Notes under the pieces: generated by a model | What the model saw: the letters and a program-made list of their open reading frames with translations, nothing else | The model's database searches: none | What the model was told of the DNA's origin: nothing | In this document: piece by piece, positions 49,314-63,508 of the stretch | Layout: each line of letters starts with the position of its first letter | Numbering within the stretch: the first letter of the stretch is position 1 | Program-made: the position numbers and the translations under genes | Assembly (NCBI RefSeq): GCF_030028105.1 | Contig: NC_092394.1 | Coordinates: 35,694,752-35,758,751 of the forward strand | DNA length: 64,000 nucleotides | Direction of reading: 5' to 3' | Origin: Mobula birostris | Taxonomy: Eukaryota

Positions 49314-50464
49314 TGAGTATCCCGTCCATGCAGTTTGTTACATCTGTTAATATAATATATCTCCATTTGTTTGTGTTTGTACGTAATTTGGTATTGTCGT
49401 GCACTGTTTTTTGAGATAGTATGTATTTATAATAAAGGGGGCTTCTGTTCGTTAAATATCCGAAGGTAGTATAGAGCTTTCTATGTGGTGACTTCCGTCT
49501 CAAAGTTCATCGTGAGTCACGATACTCACTTAAACCTTGATGCTATTCCCACAGATCAGCTGAACATCGAACATAACTTCCTAACCTCTCATTGTCTGAT
49601 ATCTGAATTTGGGTGCCGACCCCTCCCATTCAATTTTGTTATCCTTGCAGCTCTCCTCTCACACGAAGAGTGTGTCCATTCTTAGTTATTTGTGTCTCCT
49701 GATCCCGTTGACCAAGAGCTAAAAAAAATTAGGACTCATTGAAGAATGAACATAAGGACTAGATCACATGCTTAGAACTTTTTTGAGATATTTTATCTCA
49801 CATATATACCCTACTATTTACGTTAATATTTTATCTAAGAATATATTTATTAATATATTATTGTGCTTAATCTCACTACAAATAGATTATAATTCTGGAA
49901 ATAAATAGAACTATAGGGGCTTTTTCCAAAAAAGGTCAAATATCTAGGATGACACGGCCAGTGACTGGTGTGATTGCTAATAAAAAAAAAGTTTTGTTCT
50001 GATATAATTACATTAAAACTAACACAGTTTATATTTCAGTTTACAACTTCAGAGTTTTACATGACATCATTGAATATCATAGAAATTAAACATATAATTA
50101 TGGAACTGTAGATGGGGTTGCTAAGATCACGCAATATAATGAAAAGAATTTTCACTCTTTTACAAAAATAACATTTGTAAGAAAAGATTAGTCTCTGTGA
50201 CAATGCAATATCGACCAAATGAAAATTTTAAGTCAGTTTTTGTTTACTAAAAGTTTGATTCCAATTGGATCACATCCAGTGAAAGCATCTGGTTTTCATT
50301 CTGGGTCCTAGGAAGCAAGGGAGAATGCAGTGATACAAACTTTTAGATAACATGATCTACTGGATAGGTCAGTGAAGTATGGGTTTTTAAAGAAAGATTT
50401 GTGTGGATTTGTTCTGTATGTTTTTATGAACAGCTCTTTATCTCAACCAATTTTGTATTTTCAG

Positions 50465-50594
50465 GGAAAAGGATCTCGATGAAGTTCTTCAGACACACAC
50501 AGTGTTTACAAATGTGTCCAAAGGACAAGTGGCAAAAAAAGAGGATTGTGTTGCAGCATTTCAGACAGATAATATGACGGACATATGTAAACAG
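50465..50594 (+). CDS. SBDS: SBDS exon 2
   Basis: tcag|[44 protein letters not shown]|gtgtgt; 130 bp. It ends at c.258, the same junction as human SBDS. Confidence 0.98.
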
Positions 50595-50955
50595 GTGTGT
50601 TTTCACAAAACTTGTAGATGGAATAAGTTGCGTTGAAAGCTATTGCCTGATTGAAAATCGTTATTTTATAAGTTTGTTTTAATGTCATAGTGACAGATTG
50701 ATATATTTTGGAGGTGTATTCCAATAACTTAAATAAATATTGTATCTGGGTTGCCCAGACTCCACCTGTCCCTGAAGTGCTTCTAACCAACAATGTTTAA
50801 AATATATAATAAATAGTTATCGTGAGAAACTCTGATGAGAATCAATAGAATCAATATTAATCTCTCCAAATAACTTACGATTGTGTCATTATAATAGTTA
50901 CTCTTTAATACTTTGAATTCAATTTTAAATACAAATAAATATCTTTACCTTTCAG

Positions 50956-51156
50956 ATTTTGGCAAAGGGTGAATTGCAGGTATCTGACAAGGAGCGGCAT
51001 GCGCAGCTTGAACAGATGTTTCGAGACATAGCGACCATAGTAACAGAGAAATGTGTCAACCCCGAAACGAAGAGACCTTACACCGTGAACCTAATAGAGC
51101 GTGCCATGAAGGACATTCACTACTCTGTGAAGGCCAACAAGAGTACCAAGCAGCAG
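50956..51156 (+). CDS. SBDS: SBDS exon 3
   Basis: ttcag|[67 protein letters not shown]|gtagac; 201 bp. Confidence 0.98.
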
Positions 51157-51479
51157 GTAGACTAGCACAAAGCCCTAAATTGGGCAGTTTTTACTGGATA
51201 TTCTGGGGTCTTTAAGTCAGAGTGCATGTTCTGATGTTCACAGTTACAAGAACAAGACTTCCAAATGATTGTTCTGTTGACAAAACAATTTCATCTGTGT
51301 TGAGAACACCAGATGTGACAATAAGACCTTTATTTTACCCAATTATACAGGTTTCTTTATGTTTTGTAATTTTTGTTTAAGCTTGCAATATTTACTTTCT
51401 GCGTTGGCTGGTTCAGCTTTTGAAGTAAGATGAGAGTAGCGATGTATTTAGGGTTTTTTTGTTGTTAATTCATTTTTTT

Positions 51480-54400
51480 GTGCAGATCCAAGCATCGAGC
51501 TATCCAGCTTCTCAACAAAACTCACTCAGGTGTAAAGCCTTAACTGTCCCTGCACAATTTCAACAGGTTACTTAAAAACTACTGCGACTTCGTTTTCAGT
51601 AACTTGTTGATTCAGAAGTCTGGAGAAAGCAGCACCTGACCAGATTTCTAGGTTGATGTGTACTTGATTTCAAAATCATAGGCTAATACATTATGGCCCA
51701 TTTTAGTAGATGGTTAACTGTATCCACCGAGATGACTTTTCTTACACCCAAACATGGACAACAGTGGTTTGTGATCAGTAAGGAAAGTGAAGCATCTTGT
51801 GGAATTTCTTCACAGCAAGGATGATTCCCAAGGCTTCCTTCTCGATTTGTCCATATTTCCTTCCTGCTGAGGTCAGTGATCTTGCTGCATGCATGTCAGT
51901 TTTTTTCGGAACCATCAAGGAATATATGGGATTAGACAGCTCCCACCCCATAGTTGAATGCATCCTTCTTGACTACGGTTGACAATTCTGAGTTTTTTTA
52001 TGTGACAATGTTTTTTTTTCTTTCTACTTTATATGCACGTGTATGTTTCTGCACTTTGGCCCCAGAGGAACCCTGTCTCGTTCAATTGTACCCATGTACG
52101 GTTTGAATAACAATTAAACTTGAATTGATCTAATTTGATTTAAAATGTGTCAAAAGAAGGTTGCATGACACAATATTCTTCACCTTATCAAAAGCTTCTT
52201 GGACTAGCTCCACATGGCACCCTTGTTGAACAGGGCATTGAGTACTGCAGGAAGAAATACTGAATAATGACTGATCATGCCTAAAATTGATCGTAAAGTG
52301 CTGACATTCTGATGGTGGAGGCATCTTTAAGATAGTAGTAATGTTTTTGGGAGCAGGGCAGTGACAGAATCCCAGATACTTGATTGAAGACAGCAGGAGA
52401 CTGCATTTTTCTGCCCAAAATCTTGTAGCTTGTTCAAAACGTGGTCCAGACATTGGCATAGTTCTGTCTGATCTGTGCCCATCACATTATCAAGGTAAGT
52501 GGAACACCATCAATACCCACTCAGCATGGTGTCCGTAAGCTGTTAGAAAATTGAAGGAGCCGCTGTACATCGAAAGGCAGAGAGGGGAATAAGACAACAC
52601 CTTGTGTGTTGTAATGGTGAGAAGCTCCTCTGTATTTTCTGCCAATTCAACCTGGAGGTAGGGTTCAGCAAGTCCAGCTTCACAAGGTATTGACTATCAT
52701 TCAATTTAGCAAAGAGATCTGCTGGTACCAGTAATGACTGCTGGTGTGTCTACATAGCCACTTTTGAGACCAGCTGAGAAGTCTGCACACAGCCTCAGTG
52801 TACTGTTGGCTTTCTTGCTAATGACTATTGGAGCTGCACACATCAGTAGTTGCCATCTTTAATCACTCCAGCTTGTTGTAGGCAATCTAGCTCTTGCTGA
52901 ACGATTGGTAAGGCTGCGTATCGTACCGGTCTTTTGGAACGGAAGACTAGCTTTGTGTCTGAACAAAGATGGAATTCTGCTTGCAGTTTGGTCCATCGAC
53001 CTATACCTTCTTCAAACACTGCTGCATAGTGCTATTATAGTTGTTGTATGGTCTCGTGTACTGATGGTGGTATGGCGTCAAATGACATGATTTGAACAAC
53101 CAATATCTTCATACAGACCTCATCCAGAGGGATACTCCAGAGATCAAGCTTGTCCATCCAGTCAATGCCAAGGACATTCAGGTCTGGCTGGTCTGTTGGG
53201 TAACACACACTGTTGATTTGGTTACCATTCAGCTCCACCATGCAGTTTAGCTCATCAATCAGCTGGAGGGTTCCACACAATGCACTGCAGAACGTGATGA
53301 GTTGATTAGACTGGTAGGGACCGAAGTGCCCACCACTTGCTTTTGGAGATGATACAGTGTCAAACATCACCACTGAGTTGAAGCTTAACCAACTGATTTT
53401 TGGTAAATACATTGATGTACCATCTCCTGGGGGTGAAGTTTACTTTGAACATGACCATTAAACTTCTTGTACATTTTGATGGCTTTTATAACTTCTTGTG
53501 CTGTGTTTCACTAGCCGGGAAGACAGTGAAGGACGGCAAAATTCTTTGTTACTATGGTGTTGGCATTTGCTGCAAATGTGTTTCTTGTATTGACAGTTTT
53601 TTTTGCATTATGCCATGCAGCACAGTTCCAACAAGCTGTGTTTGGCTATTTGGAGACCTACTGAGTGATGATGTCTGGGCCATTGGAAACTGCATTGACA
53701 TGGTTCTGTTTGACCAGTATGGAATTCTGTTTCAAGTTGACATTCTTTAGTGACAGCTTGTATAGTAATATCAGGGTCTTGTTCCAGTCTAGCCAGTAGC
53801 CGTTTGTGAATGTCTGCTTTGCCAAGTGCCTGAAATCTGCAAATAAAAATCAGATATTTGAACTGTGATTCAGTCATGTTACCCAGCTTGAACTTTTCAC
53901 ATTCGCGATTGATGATACCAGCATATGTGATGAAGTCATCTGCATCGTGTTTAACATCTTTTAGGCAAGGGTAGCAAACACCGAAGAAAGATGACTGTTC
54001 TCCAAAAAAGCTTGCTGGCTGTTGGACACTTTCATCAAATGGTAGGTCACACGGGATCTGAGGCAGAATGAAGTTGAAATAACATTCGTATTCAACAGTA
54101 CCCAATTTTCGGAGGAAAGTATGTGTCTTCCATGAGTCATCTTTACTGGCAAACTTGACTTGGAATATATCTTCGTAATGTTCGAACCATGATCATTGCT
54201 CCTTCTAAGCTGTGTCAGTGCATGGCCATTTAGTAACTGAAATGCTCCCAAGCACATAGCCTTTGTTGCTGCACAGCTGGTATTTTCTTTTACATAATTT
54301 TAATATAATTGTGAAATATCCTGTAATTATATGTTAATGAATATAATCCATAAATTTTCTAAATAATAAATGTACCACAACCTTCACTTTAAAACATTTT

Positions 54401-55173
54401 AGAGCTTCAGTGTTTGTATTTACATTGCTGGTGTTTCAAGTTACAACACTGTTACAAATTGTAACAATAAACATAGAATGGAAATCAGTAGTCATTGTAA
54501 ATAAACTGCCAGCCTTCGGAAAGCTGCCAACACAGTCCAGTCAATACTCATAGTATGCATGTTACAAAACAAAATGCCAGTTTTCAAGCTCTAAATTTTT
54601 TTTGCTCAGAGCAATGGTTGGTCCACACAGCTGTAAAAACAAATGGAGGACACTGATCATGATTTAAACATAACTCACAAAGTGGCATCAAACTGGAAGT
54701 TGGTAATGGACGCAACAACTGACTCATATGAGTTCTTTTCGGTGTTTAACACCAATGTTGTTGGACTCAATAATAACCTGCTGGTCAAGGTTTTGATTAA
54801 CTTCAGCTGGGCCGTCCAGAATTGAGCTTGCTGCTATTGTAGAATTGCTCTCAAGTCTTCTGAGAAAATTGTTTTGTTGTTATAATACAGCAGCTTGTCA
54901 CCAATTTGTTGTTTGCTTGCCCAATAATTACTGATGAGACCCAAAGCCAGGAGATAGAATAAAGCCAGAACTCGAAATAAATCTTTATTCAGTCAAACCA
55001 CTCAACTACAAAAATCTCAAAACTCAACAATACGTCCCAAAGCAGGACTAATTAAATACTTTACTCAAGAAGACTCAAGATGTTGATAGGAATGACGACC
55101 AATCAGTGAAAGTCAGCCTGGGATTGGTTGTCAGCTGACCAGTAGGCATTGGTTGTTTTGGCTTGCTGTAACA
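51480..55173 (-). mobile_element. Degenerate Gypsy-type LTR retrotransposon in SBDS intron 3
   Basis: LTR-like 54907-55173 (TGTTAC...CAACA) followed by PBS-like TGGTGAC; gag-like remnants at 53600-54870; protease region LGIDWMDKL; RT TYLDN near 52490; RNase [31 protein letters not shown]...TDHKPL. Many stops. Confidence 0.82.
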
Positions 55174-56582
55174 GATATCAGGAGATGCAGTGTCTGATCT
55201 GCTCTTGCAACCATGTTATTTGTATAGCTGGTCCAATTATTTACAATCAATGGTGACCGTCAGGATGCTGATGGTGGAGGTTTCAGTGATGTTCATCCCA
55301 TCAAGTAGAGGGTGAGGGATTAGACTCTCTCATTACACTTGGTCGTTGCATGGTATTTTTGTGGCACACATTACTTGCCATATATCTGCTTATATCTGTA
55401 CAGGTACAGGTGTGAACTGTCAGTTGCTGTAAATTTGTAGTTAAACATGGTGTAAACATCAGCTGACTTACTCACTTCTGACCTTTATGACGGATGGGAA
55501 GAACATTGAAGCAGCTGAAGGTGGTTGGGCCTAGAACACTGTCTAAGAAACTCCTGCAATGATACCTGGGGTTGAGATGACTGACTTCCAAAATTCACAA
55601 CCATTTTCCTTTGTGCAAAATATTACTCCAGCCATCAGTGTTAAAAATCCTTGAATCTTAAGTTTATATTTGTGCTCTTCAAAACAAAGGAATTAAAGCT
55701 GTCCTGCAGTGTTATTCTTGAAATTGGCATGTTGACAGGCATGATATTTATGTATCACCACCAGTTGTCTAGATGATAGTGGTACAAATAAATGGAGGTT
55801 GACAGCTCAACCTTCTACTTCTGCTGCTCGGAAGTGCTGGACAGTCAGTGAAGATACTGCATTTGTCTTGAACGAGTATGGGAGAATATCCCTGAACCCT
55901 TTCCTCTGTTCACCTGGTGTCCTCTTCCCAAAAGCGATTTTGAAATTTGATGTTTTTTTTCAGGAGTTTGGTAACTGGTTCAGTGGTAGAGAGAGAACTT
56001 TTAGAGATGCTGGCTTTCAGTTTAGAAGTTTGACCCGAGGCACCATTTGGACTGCTGAGATGCACACATAAAGCAATCATAGTGTTACTGGAAAGAGTTC
56101 AACAAAGTAGATTTTTTAAACCAAGTGTGTGTATGTGTGTATGTATATATATGTTACCATATATAACTCTGAGATTCATTTTCTTGTGGGCATACACAGC
56201 AAATACAATTTTTCCCAGTGAATGTAATGCTCAACCAATTATGACTGTACATTCATCTTACTTTCATCTAAAATTTATCTGCTATATTTGACTATATTTC
56301 AGAAGTAATCTATGCAAAAGAAACATTATTTGAAAAAATAAATTTGTAAAGGAATTAATGCATTATTGCAGGTAAGGTTCCACTGGACACAGGTCAGAAA
56401 CAGGTTTTTGGATTAATATTTGAGTATCAGTAGTGTAATGTTAATGCTGTAGAAACAAATCCAGATTAAATTACATTACAGTGCTGATGTTTAAATGTGC
56501 GTATGTAAATTCTACTTGCTTAAATGTTCCAGTGTACAGAACCAAAGTAACTAACTTTTAATTTATCTTTTCATACGTAAAG

Positions 56583-56747
56583 GCATTGGAAGTTATCAGA
56601 CTGCTCAAGGATAGTATGCAGATTGAACGTGCTCACATGAGACTCCGACTCAGGATTCCAATAAAGGATGGAAAGCGGCTTAAGGAAAAACTGAAGCCAC
56701 TGATTAAAGTGATGGAAAGCGAAGAATTTGCTGAAGATTTAGATGTT
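56583..56747 (+). CDS. SBDS: SBDS exon 4
   Basis: aaag|[55 protein letters not shown]|gtaagt; 165 bp. Confidence 0.97.
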
Positions 56748-57014
56748 GTAAGTTTTTTTTTACATTCCTGGTATATTGGAGTATCATAATCAATGCTATT
56801 GGTTTGAAGATTTCAGATTTGGATTAGTTTACTTTCATGTTCACCACGGTGCAATGTGATTTCTTGGCTTGTATTAAAATCACAGTTTAATTACTCAAAA
56901 CATATTTAATCTCTCAATTTTTTTCTAGTTTGATAAAAATTGTTTATCTGCATATCCAGTGAAACCATGTTAATTCATTGGACCTAAACATTAATAAATG
57001 GAATTTATTTTTTT

Positions 57015-57612
57015 TAGATTATGAAGACCCGTAGTCCTCTTTTATTGTCACTTAGTAATGCATGCATTAAGAAATGATGCATTATTTCCTCCGGTGTGAT
57101 ATCATAAAACACAGGACAAACCAAGACTAAAAAACTGACAAAACCACATAATTATAACATATAGTTACAACAGTGCAACAATACCATAACTTGATGAAGA
57201 AGTCCGTGAGCACAGTAAAGTTCAAAGTTTCTCAAATGTCCCACATTTCACGCAGACAGGAGAAGGAAGAAAACCTCTCCCTGCCATGCTGACCACAATC
57301 CAACTCTGAGTCATGGGAAAACTTCGAGCTCTGATCAGCTGACACCGAGTACTGAGCGCCATCTCTGTCCGAGCGATTCGACCTCTTTCTCGGTCGCCAA
57401 CAGTGGGCAAGGCCGGGGATTTTGAGGCCTTCCCTCCGAAAGATTCCCGACCGTACAGTAACGACAGCAGTGAACGAGCGTTTCAGAAATTTTTCCAGAT
57501 GTTACTGTGCTTTCACATCCATTCTCCATCAAATCAGAATTGTCCACACCCCCATTTAACAGATACGACATCATTTTTCACTGGAGAGCTGCTAACGCAC
57601 AGCCATCTTCTC
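57015..57612 (-). mobile_element. Short non-autonomous retroelement (LINE-like 5' and 3' ends, no ORF)
   Basis: The minus strand starts GGAGAAGATGGCTG and ends with a Rex1-like ...TGACAATAAAAG...CATAATCT-A tail. Confidence 0.5.
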
Positions 57613-58459
57613 CTCCCGCCTTTATCAAAGATGTTAAGATATCTCAATGCAATAAATTTGTAATGAGTCAGAGTTCTACAAAATACAAATGGACCCTTTG
57701 TCCCACAATGTCTGCACTGATCATCATGCCTACCAATATTAATTCCACTTGCCTGCATTAATTCCATATCCCTCCTCCTCATTCTCGTACTTGTAGAAAT
57801 CCTCTTAAAGTGCTTTACTGTTCCTGCATACACCACCATTTATGGCAGCTCAATCTGTATTCTGGCTACTTTTTATGTGACGGTAACATGCTTATAATTT
57901 TTTTCTCTAGCTTAATCATGTGAGATATTAGCTGATTTGATTGCATAAAACAGCAGTTGTTGATTATTTAAGAAATACTGACTCCAGGAAATAAAACAAT
58001 ACTAAGTTCAGCAGGGTTAAAAAATGTTATAATTCTGTTAATATTTCCTATGTGGAGTTAACATGTCTTAACTGAGGTAGAAAACAGGTGTTGGCCTACT
58101 CTGGGATGCTGCAGACATCAGACTGAGTACTAGTCATTGTAGGTAACTGTTGCCTTTTACTGAGAAATGTTGTTGGCTGGATACCAACTGATGTTTGGCT
58201 AACCTGTGCTTTATCATCCTCTCTGGTCTACTAAAATTCACACATGAATACCCACTGCATAGCTGCAGGGTTGAAATATAAAGGGAATTAGGCTACACAC
58301 TCGTTGATGGAAGGGATAGAAAGATTTGAGATCTGAAATTTCTTTGAATGTTAGATTACACAGCCAGCAGCTGCAGAAATTTTCTGATGGTCCAAATGGC
58401 CATTTGATTTTTTTTGCTTTGGTAATTAAATAGAAATAATCTTTATGATTTTACTTCAG

Positions 58460-58588
58460 GTATGTTTGATTGATCCTGGTTGCTTCAGAGAAATTGATGA
58501 ACTAATCCGACAGGAAACAAAGGGAAAGGCTTCCCTGGAAGTTCTCAGCTTAAAGGAGGTGGAAGAAGGTGATGAAAAACTTGAATAA
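58460..58588 (+). CDS. SBDS: SBDS exon 5 (coding part, to stop)
   Basis: ttcag|[45 protein letters not shown]; 129 bp. The spliced CDS totals 753 nt = 250 aa + stop. Confidence 0.98.
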   Translation, partial: VCLIDPGCFREIDELIRQETKGKASLEVLSLKEVEEGDEKLE

Positions 58589-58649
58589 GTTGTTCATGGA
58601 AGCTTTGGTCCAGTTGCAAAACCAAGTATTCTTAAACCACACTGGTACC

Positions 58650-58715
58650 AATAAATAATCCATTTAAAGTGCACTGAAACTGTGTTTGCTTCAGTGGGAC
58701 TGGAAAAGGAATAAA
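58650..58715 (+). terminator. Candidate SBDS polyadenylation signals
   Basis: AATAAA at 58650-58655 and 58710-58715, shortly after the stop, followed by U/GU-rich sequence. Confidence 0.55.
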
Positions 58716-58919
58716 TAATATACAATTTTTAATCCTTAATCCACTTGATATTCTATTCTATTCTTACATTATTTTCTCTTGTATTTAATTAAAATGTGTA
58801 TAAAGATACTAAAACATTGCTTTGTGGATTTCTTTTCTTGAACTTGTATAGTTACATGACTGTAATGCTGGTGTTCGTTTGCTTTGAATTATGAGTATTC
58901 TGAAGTTCCATTTATCCAA

Positions 58920-59710
58920 GAGAACATTTTATCACAATATTGAAAAGTCCACAAAAAGTTTTGGATACAGCCTCGTCCATCACAAGCAAAGACCCCCCCA
59001 TCATTGAGCACATTTACAAGAAAGCAGCATCCATTAAGGACCTCCATCATCCAGGCTATGCATTCTGATACCGTCGGTCCCACACCACCACGTTCAGGAA
59101 GTTACCCTACAACCATCAGACTCCTGAACCAGTATGGATCACACATCATGTCTCAACGCTAAACTGACTCCACAACCTATAGATTCACTTTAAAAGGACT
59201 CTTCAACACCACAGTAGTGTAGTGGTTAATGCAACACCATTACAGCTCAGGGCGTTGGGAATTTGGAGTTCAATGCTGGCGTCCTCTGTAAAGAGTTTGT
59301 ATGTCCTCCCCCTAGAATGCCTGGGTTCATTCCAGGTGTTCTAGTTTCTTTCCACAGTCCAAAGACATGCTGGTTAGTAGGTTAATTCATCACTGTAAAT
59401 TGTCCTGTAATTAGGCTAAGGTTAAGTAGGGAGTTGTTAGGGGTTGCTGAGTGGTGCAGCTTGGAGGACTATAAGGGCCTATTCCACACTGTATCTCTAA
59501 ATAGATAACTAAATAAACTTGTTCTCAGTATTTTTTTTATTATTTGCATAATTTGTCAACTTTTGCACATTAGTTGTTGGTCAGTCTTGGTTATAGTTTT
59601 TCATAAATTCTATAGTTTTTGTTTCCTGTAAATACCTGCAAGATAAATCTTAAGGTACATATGCTGATATATACTGTACATACTTTGATAATAAATTTAC
59701 TTTGAGCTTG
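58920..59710 (+). mobile_element. Degraded Rex1-type 3' fragment split by a SINE (about 59205-59515)
   Basis: KAASI.KDLHHPG remnant and AATAAATTTACTTTG tail; the internal SINE has A/B-box-like TAGTGGTTA and GAGTTCAAT. Confidence 0.65.
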
Positions 59711-62700
59711 TAGTGGTAGAAATACACTGAAACAAGAAGTGAGTCACTTACCACAGAATATTTGCTCTTCTATACTGTTCAAAAGACACTTAGAAGGTTA
59801 TTATTGTTAATTTCATCAGAATGTGAGCAAGCACTTATCAGATATAGACCTGGTCATTTATTAGTTAAAGCCTGAATGGTCAAACCCCACTGCAATTGGC
59901 TACAAACTGTGTCATTGGTCTTGATGAATCTGACCACCTCATGGAATACACTTGTAACAGTTTTTCATAGATAGTGACCGGCCATCTCTACTGCATTGTC
60001 ACATTGATTGTGTGATCCTTAAGTTTCATTGTTGTAGCACCGATGAAACAAGGCTTTAACCATAGAGTTTGAGACATGGCCCTGACTGTTAGGACAAATA
60101 CCATAGGTGACACAATGACTACTGTTGATGTTATGTTATAAAGCTATTCAAAGCTCAAATGTCTTCTGCAGTTTAGTCACTCCAGATTTTGTCCAGCTGT
60201 GGAGTATCTGTAATTACATCTGCAATTACTTATTATTAATAAGTATACCACATTGTTGGAACTGTCTATAATACCTATACATTGCTACATTTTTGGCACT
60301 GCAGCAGTGGAAAGAGTTTGGGAAGGATTAAAAATGATTAAAGGAAAATGTTATGCAGCAGGTTGCAGGTTGGGAAGCAGGAACTCCAGAGAACAAAGTG
60401 CATATCCAACTGAAGTAAATTAAATATTTAAATTGTTGGCTAATTTCCAGTAGAAATTGTTATATAGTGAGGAAAATTGCTTAATAGTATCTACAACTGT
60501 ACAGGATTGTCACATTGGAGATGAACTCAGTGTGAGAGACAGCACAAAGAATTGCAAACGATCTCTAAAATTTATATCATGTAAATTACTTCACTTCCAG
60601 CTATGCAAAGTGTCATGGATAGATGGAGTATGTCTCTCACTTTTCTTAAGGTACATCTGATAAATACTTAGTGCACAACAAATATTAAGGTAACCAGCAT
60701 TGCAGTGTGTGGGGTTGGATATATAAAATCATAATTGTTTATTTTGAACATACAGTTCAGGAATACACAATTTACTGTGTCCTTTATTGCCTGATACAGG
60801 TGTAAGGAAAGTTGCTTAAATTCTGGAAACAATGCAGACAATACAAATACAAAATAAATAAATCATACAAATTTAGATAATAAATTGCTGTGAATAGATG
60901 AACAAGCAAATTTTGCAAAATATTAAGACAGTCAAAGAACAAGCAACTTTTATCAATTCTTAATATGTAATGTTCTCCAAACCCCATCTTTCTGAATCTA
61001 TCCTTTAAACCTTGCTTCATCTGAATATAATATGCACTGTATAAAGTATTTTCTGGCTCTTAATATAGCCAATTAGTTGTGTGTAATTGATCATGGTTTA
61101 AACATGCTTAAGTTTCTGCATTCCATCAAACTGCTGTAATGAAAATGCATCTTTAAAGTAACCTCAGTGGAAACAAATGCCAAGTTGGTAAAATAGACAG
61201 ACACCACATTTAATGACATAACCAAACACGTATCCAAGTGAATGAGCTTATATAAATTCTGAACATTTTAATAGCAAGAACAGAAACATCTTTTTACTGA
61301 ACGTTGTTTATGAAAATAATCAATGAAAAAATACACTATAAAACTGCAAACAACTTCAATCAGCATGTTTATATGCTTAGTTTAGTCAAAGCATTCTTTC
61401 AACAAAGTGTTTTTATCCTCATTTCTTCTGAGGAAAAGCTAACTTGGCATTGTAAGCTGTACTAAAGTGTACCAATGATGTGAAAATAAAGTTCAAATGA
61501 AATTTAAACAGCAAAACCAGTTTCTCACATGGCTGCGAATCTTTCTAAAACAATGAGAGTGGACCTTCTAAATGTTCCAGCTAATCTTAATAATGAAAAT
61601 TCACATCAAACCACTCAATAGGCAATCTTTTCTTTCTCCCTGTGAATTAAATATGGCTCGTCTCCTTAAAGTATCTTGAATTTTCTATAGCTATAGAGAT
61701 CTTTTCCACATTAATTTTCTGCCATTTACAACAAAACCCCATGATCACAAAACTCATGAAATGCAGAGGCTGGAAATTTTAAACACCATAATATGCTGGG
61801 AACACTCAGTAAATCATGTACCATCTGCAGAAAGAAAAAGCTAACTTTTTAAACTCCAAAGACTTTTCATCAGAGCTGCAAAGAAACCCTCCATTTTCCA
61901 GTTTTGACAAAATGTCCATGAAATATTGACTTTAACTCTCTTTCCTCAGAGGTAGTCTGACCTGACAAGTGTTTACAGCATTTTGTTTTTTTAAATCATG
62001 ATCATCCTTAGTTAAGGATGAATATATTCTTATAATTGAATTTTTGCAAAGAAATTGATTCAATTGAAGAAATGCAAACCTATACATATCTGTTGATTGG
62101 AAACCACCAAATTATTGTGCAAATGCCAACGTATGGAAATTACGCAAACCTATTTGAATTATTTTCACTATCTTGTTGGAATCTGAAAATGTCTCATTTT
62201 ATAGCTCTGTATTTAACAGAACATTTTGAAGACTTAAGTTGTTTTTTTGAGAAGCTATCAAGAATTTGCACAAAAAATAGTTTCACATACATCAGGTCTA
62301 AAACATTAGTGTATTAAAACAAAGTAAGACTGATTACAAAAAGAAAGATTGTGATTTTATAATTTTATGCTCATACCTACCAATCCAACGCACCCCATGC
62401 GGGCTTTATAGGTTTGGTCACATTCAATTTTATTTTGTTATAAAAACTCAATTAAAATGATGTGTATATGAATGTCATATTCTTGTGCATTGTACTATTA
62501 TCATTTAAATATCACTAACCATTACTACAAACATTAACCAAGCTATAAATGTAGTTTGATGAAGATTTTTAAATATTTGAAACATATTGGATGGGTCTAA
62601 TCATCATTAGGAAGTCATGGTTTTTAGTGTTAACATTTCAATACAGTACAACATAGTACTCTTAAATGACAACCAGTACAACATGCGAAATAAACATCTT

Positions 62701-63200
62701 TGAAATAAAATGCTGGACAATGAATTTATAGAAGTGAAATACTAATATTCACCACTACAGGTTTTCATCTGAGTGGTGAAAATGATAAAACAATAATAGA
62801 GGAGCAAGTTGGATGAAATCAGCAAATGGATCCATGTTTTTGACTATTTGTGAATAAATAACATTTTTAATATGGATGGCTAAGTATCCTGACTGAAGCA
62901 TAAATGATTCCATTAGTCCATAATCATATTTAGAATAAGCAGCAAAGGCACTAACATTTAGTGTTATAACTGGGAATTACACATAACATTTCCCATTTAG
63001 TGTAGCTATATATGCTCAGTGACTTAAACACACCAGTCTTTGCCAGTATGTAAATCATTATATTTGTAGTTTCAAACAGAATTCCTCTTCTTTTATAAAA
63101 CAAATTGCTGAAGTTTCTTAAAAAAATTGTGCTGAATTCACTTCTTGGCTCTGGAATGCAAGTAGATCAAACTCGTGAGCGGACCAGAGTTTTGTGAAAG

Positions 63201-63257
63201 TCAGAGTTCTTCCAAAAAGGCCACTTGTGTCTTTGCAGTTACACTCTGTAAATTAAG
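63201..63257 (-). CDS. Probable terminal coding exon of a convergent gene (TMEM248 candidate)
   Basis: A polypyrimidine tract and cag acceptor(s) at 63257/63245 precede (LNLQ)SVTAKTQVAFLEEL-TGA, then about 2.4 kb of AT-rich, repeat-poor sequence ending in minus-strand AATAAA at 60783-60788 and 60738-60743. TMEM248 is tail-to-tail with SBDS in human and ends ...VALAEA (from memory). Confidence 0.4.
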   Translation of the reverse strand, partial: LNLQSVTAKTQVAFLEEL

Positions 63258-63508
63258 CTGTTGAATTAAAGCAAAAAACACATTAATAAATTGTTGAGAG
63301 AATACCTTTCAAATTTTTTCACGAACAAGTTTCCAAATAATATCCAAGTCTTATCCCTGTATTGTATTACTGTGTGGCAAGGTATCTTTCCTATGGGAAA
63401 TATATGTGGCTACCAACAAAAAGGAGGGTTACATTAGTTGGAATGGTTTTAAATGCCAAGTTCATTCATTCGAGGATCAACCTTATTCGCCATATACTTT
63501 TACATTAA

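Noticed and set aside
63117-63245. Alternative minus-strand frame CNCKDTSGLFGRTLTFTKLWSAHEFDLLAFQSQEVNSAQFF*
   Set aside because: I recognise no homologue, and the phase-0 frame fits the syntenic candidate better. It cannot be fully excluded without transcripts.
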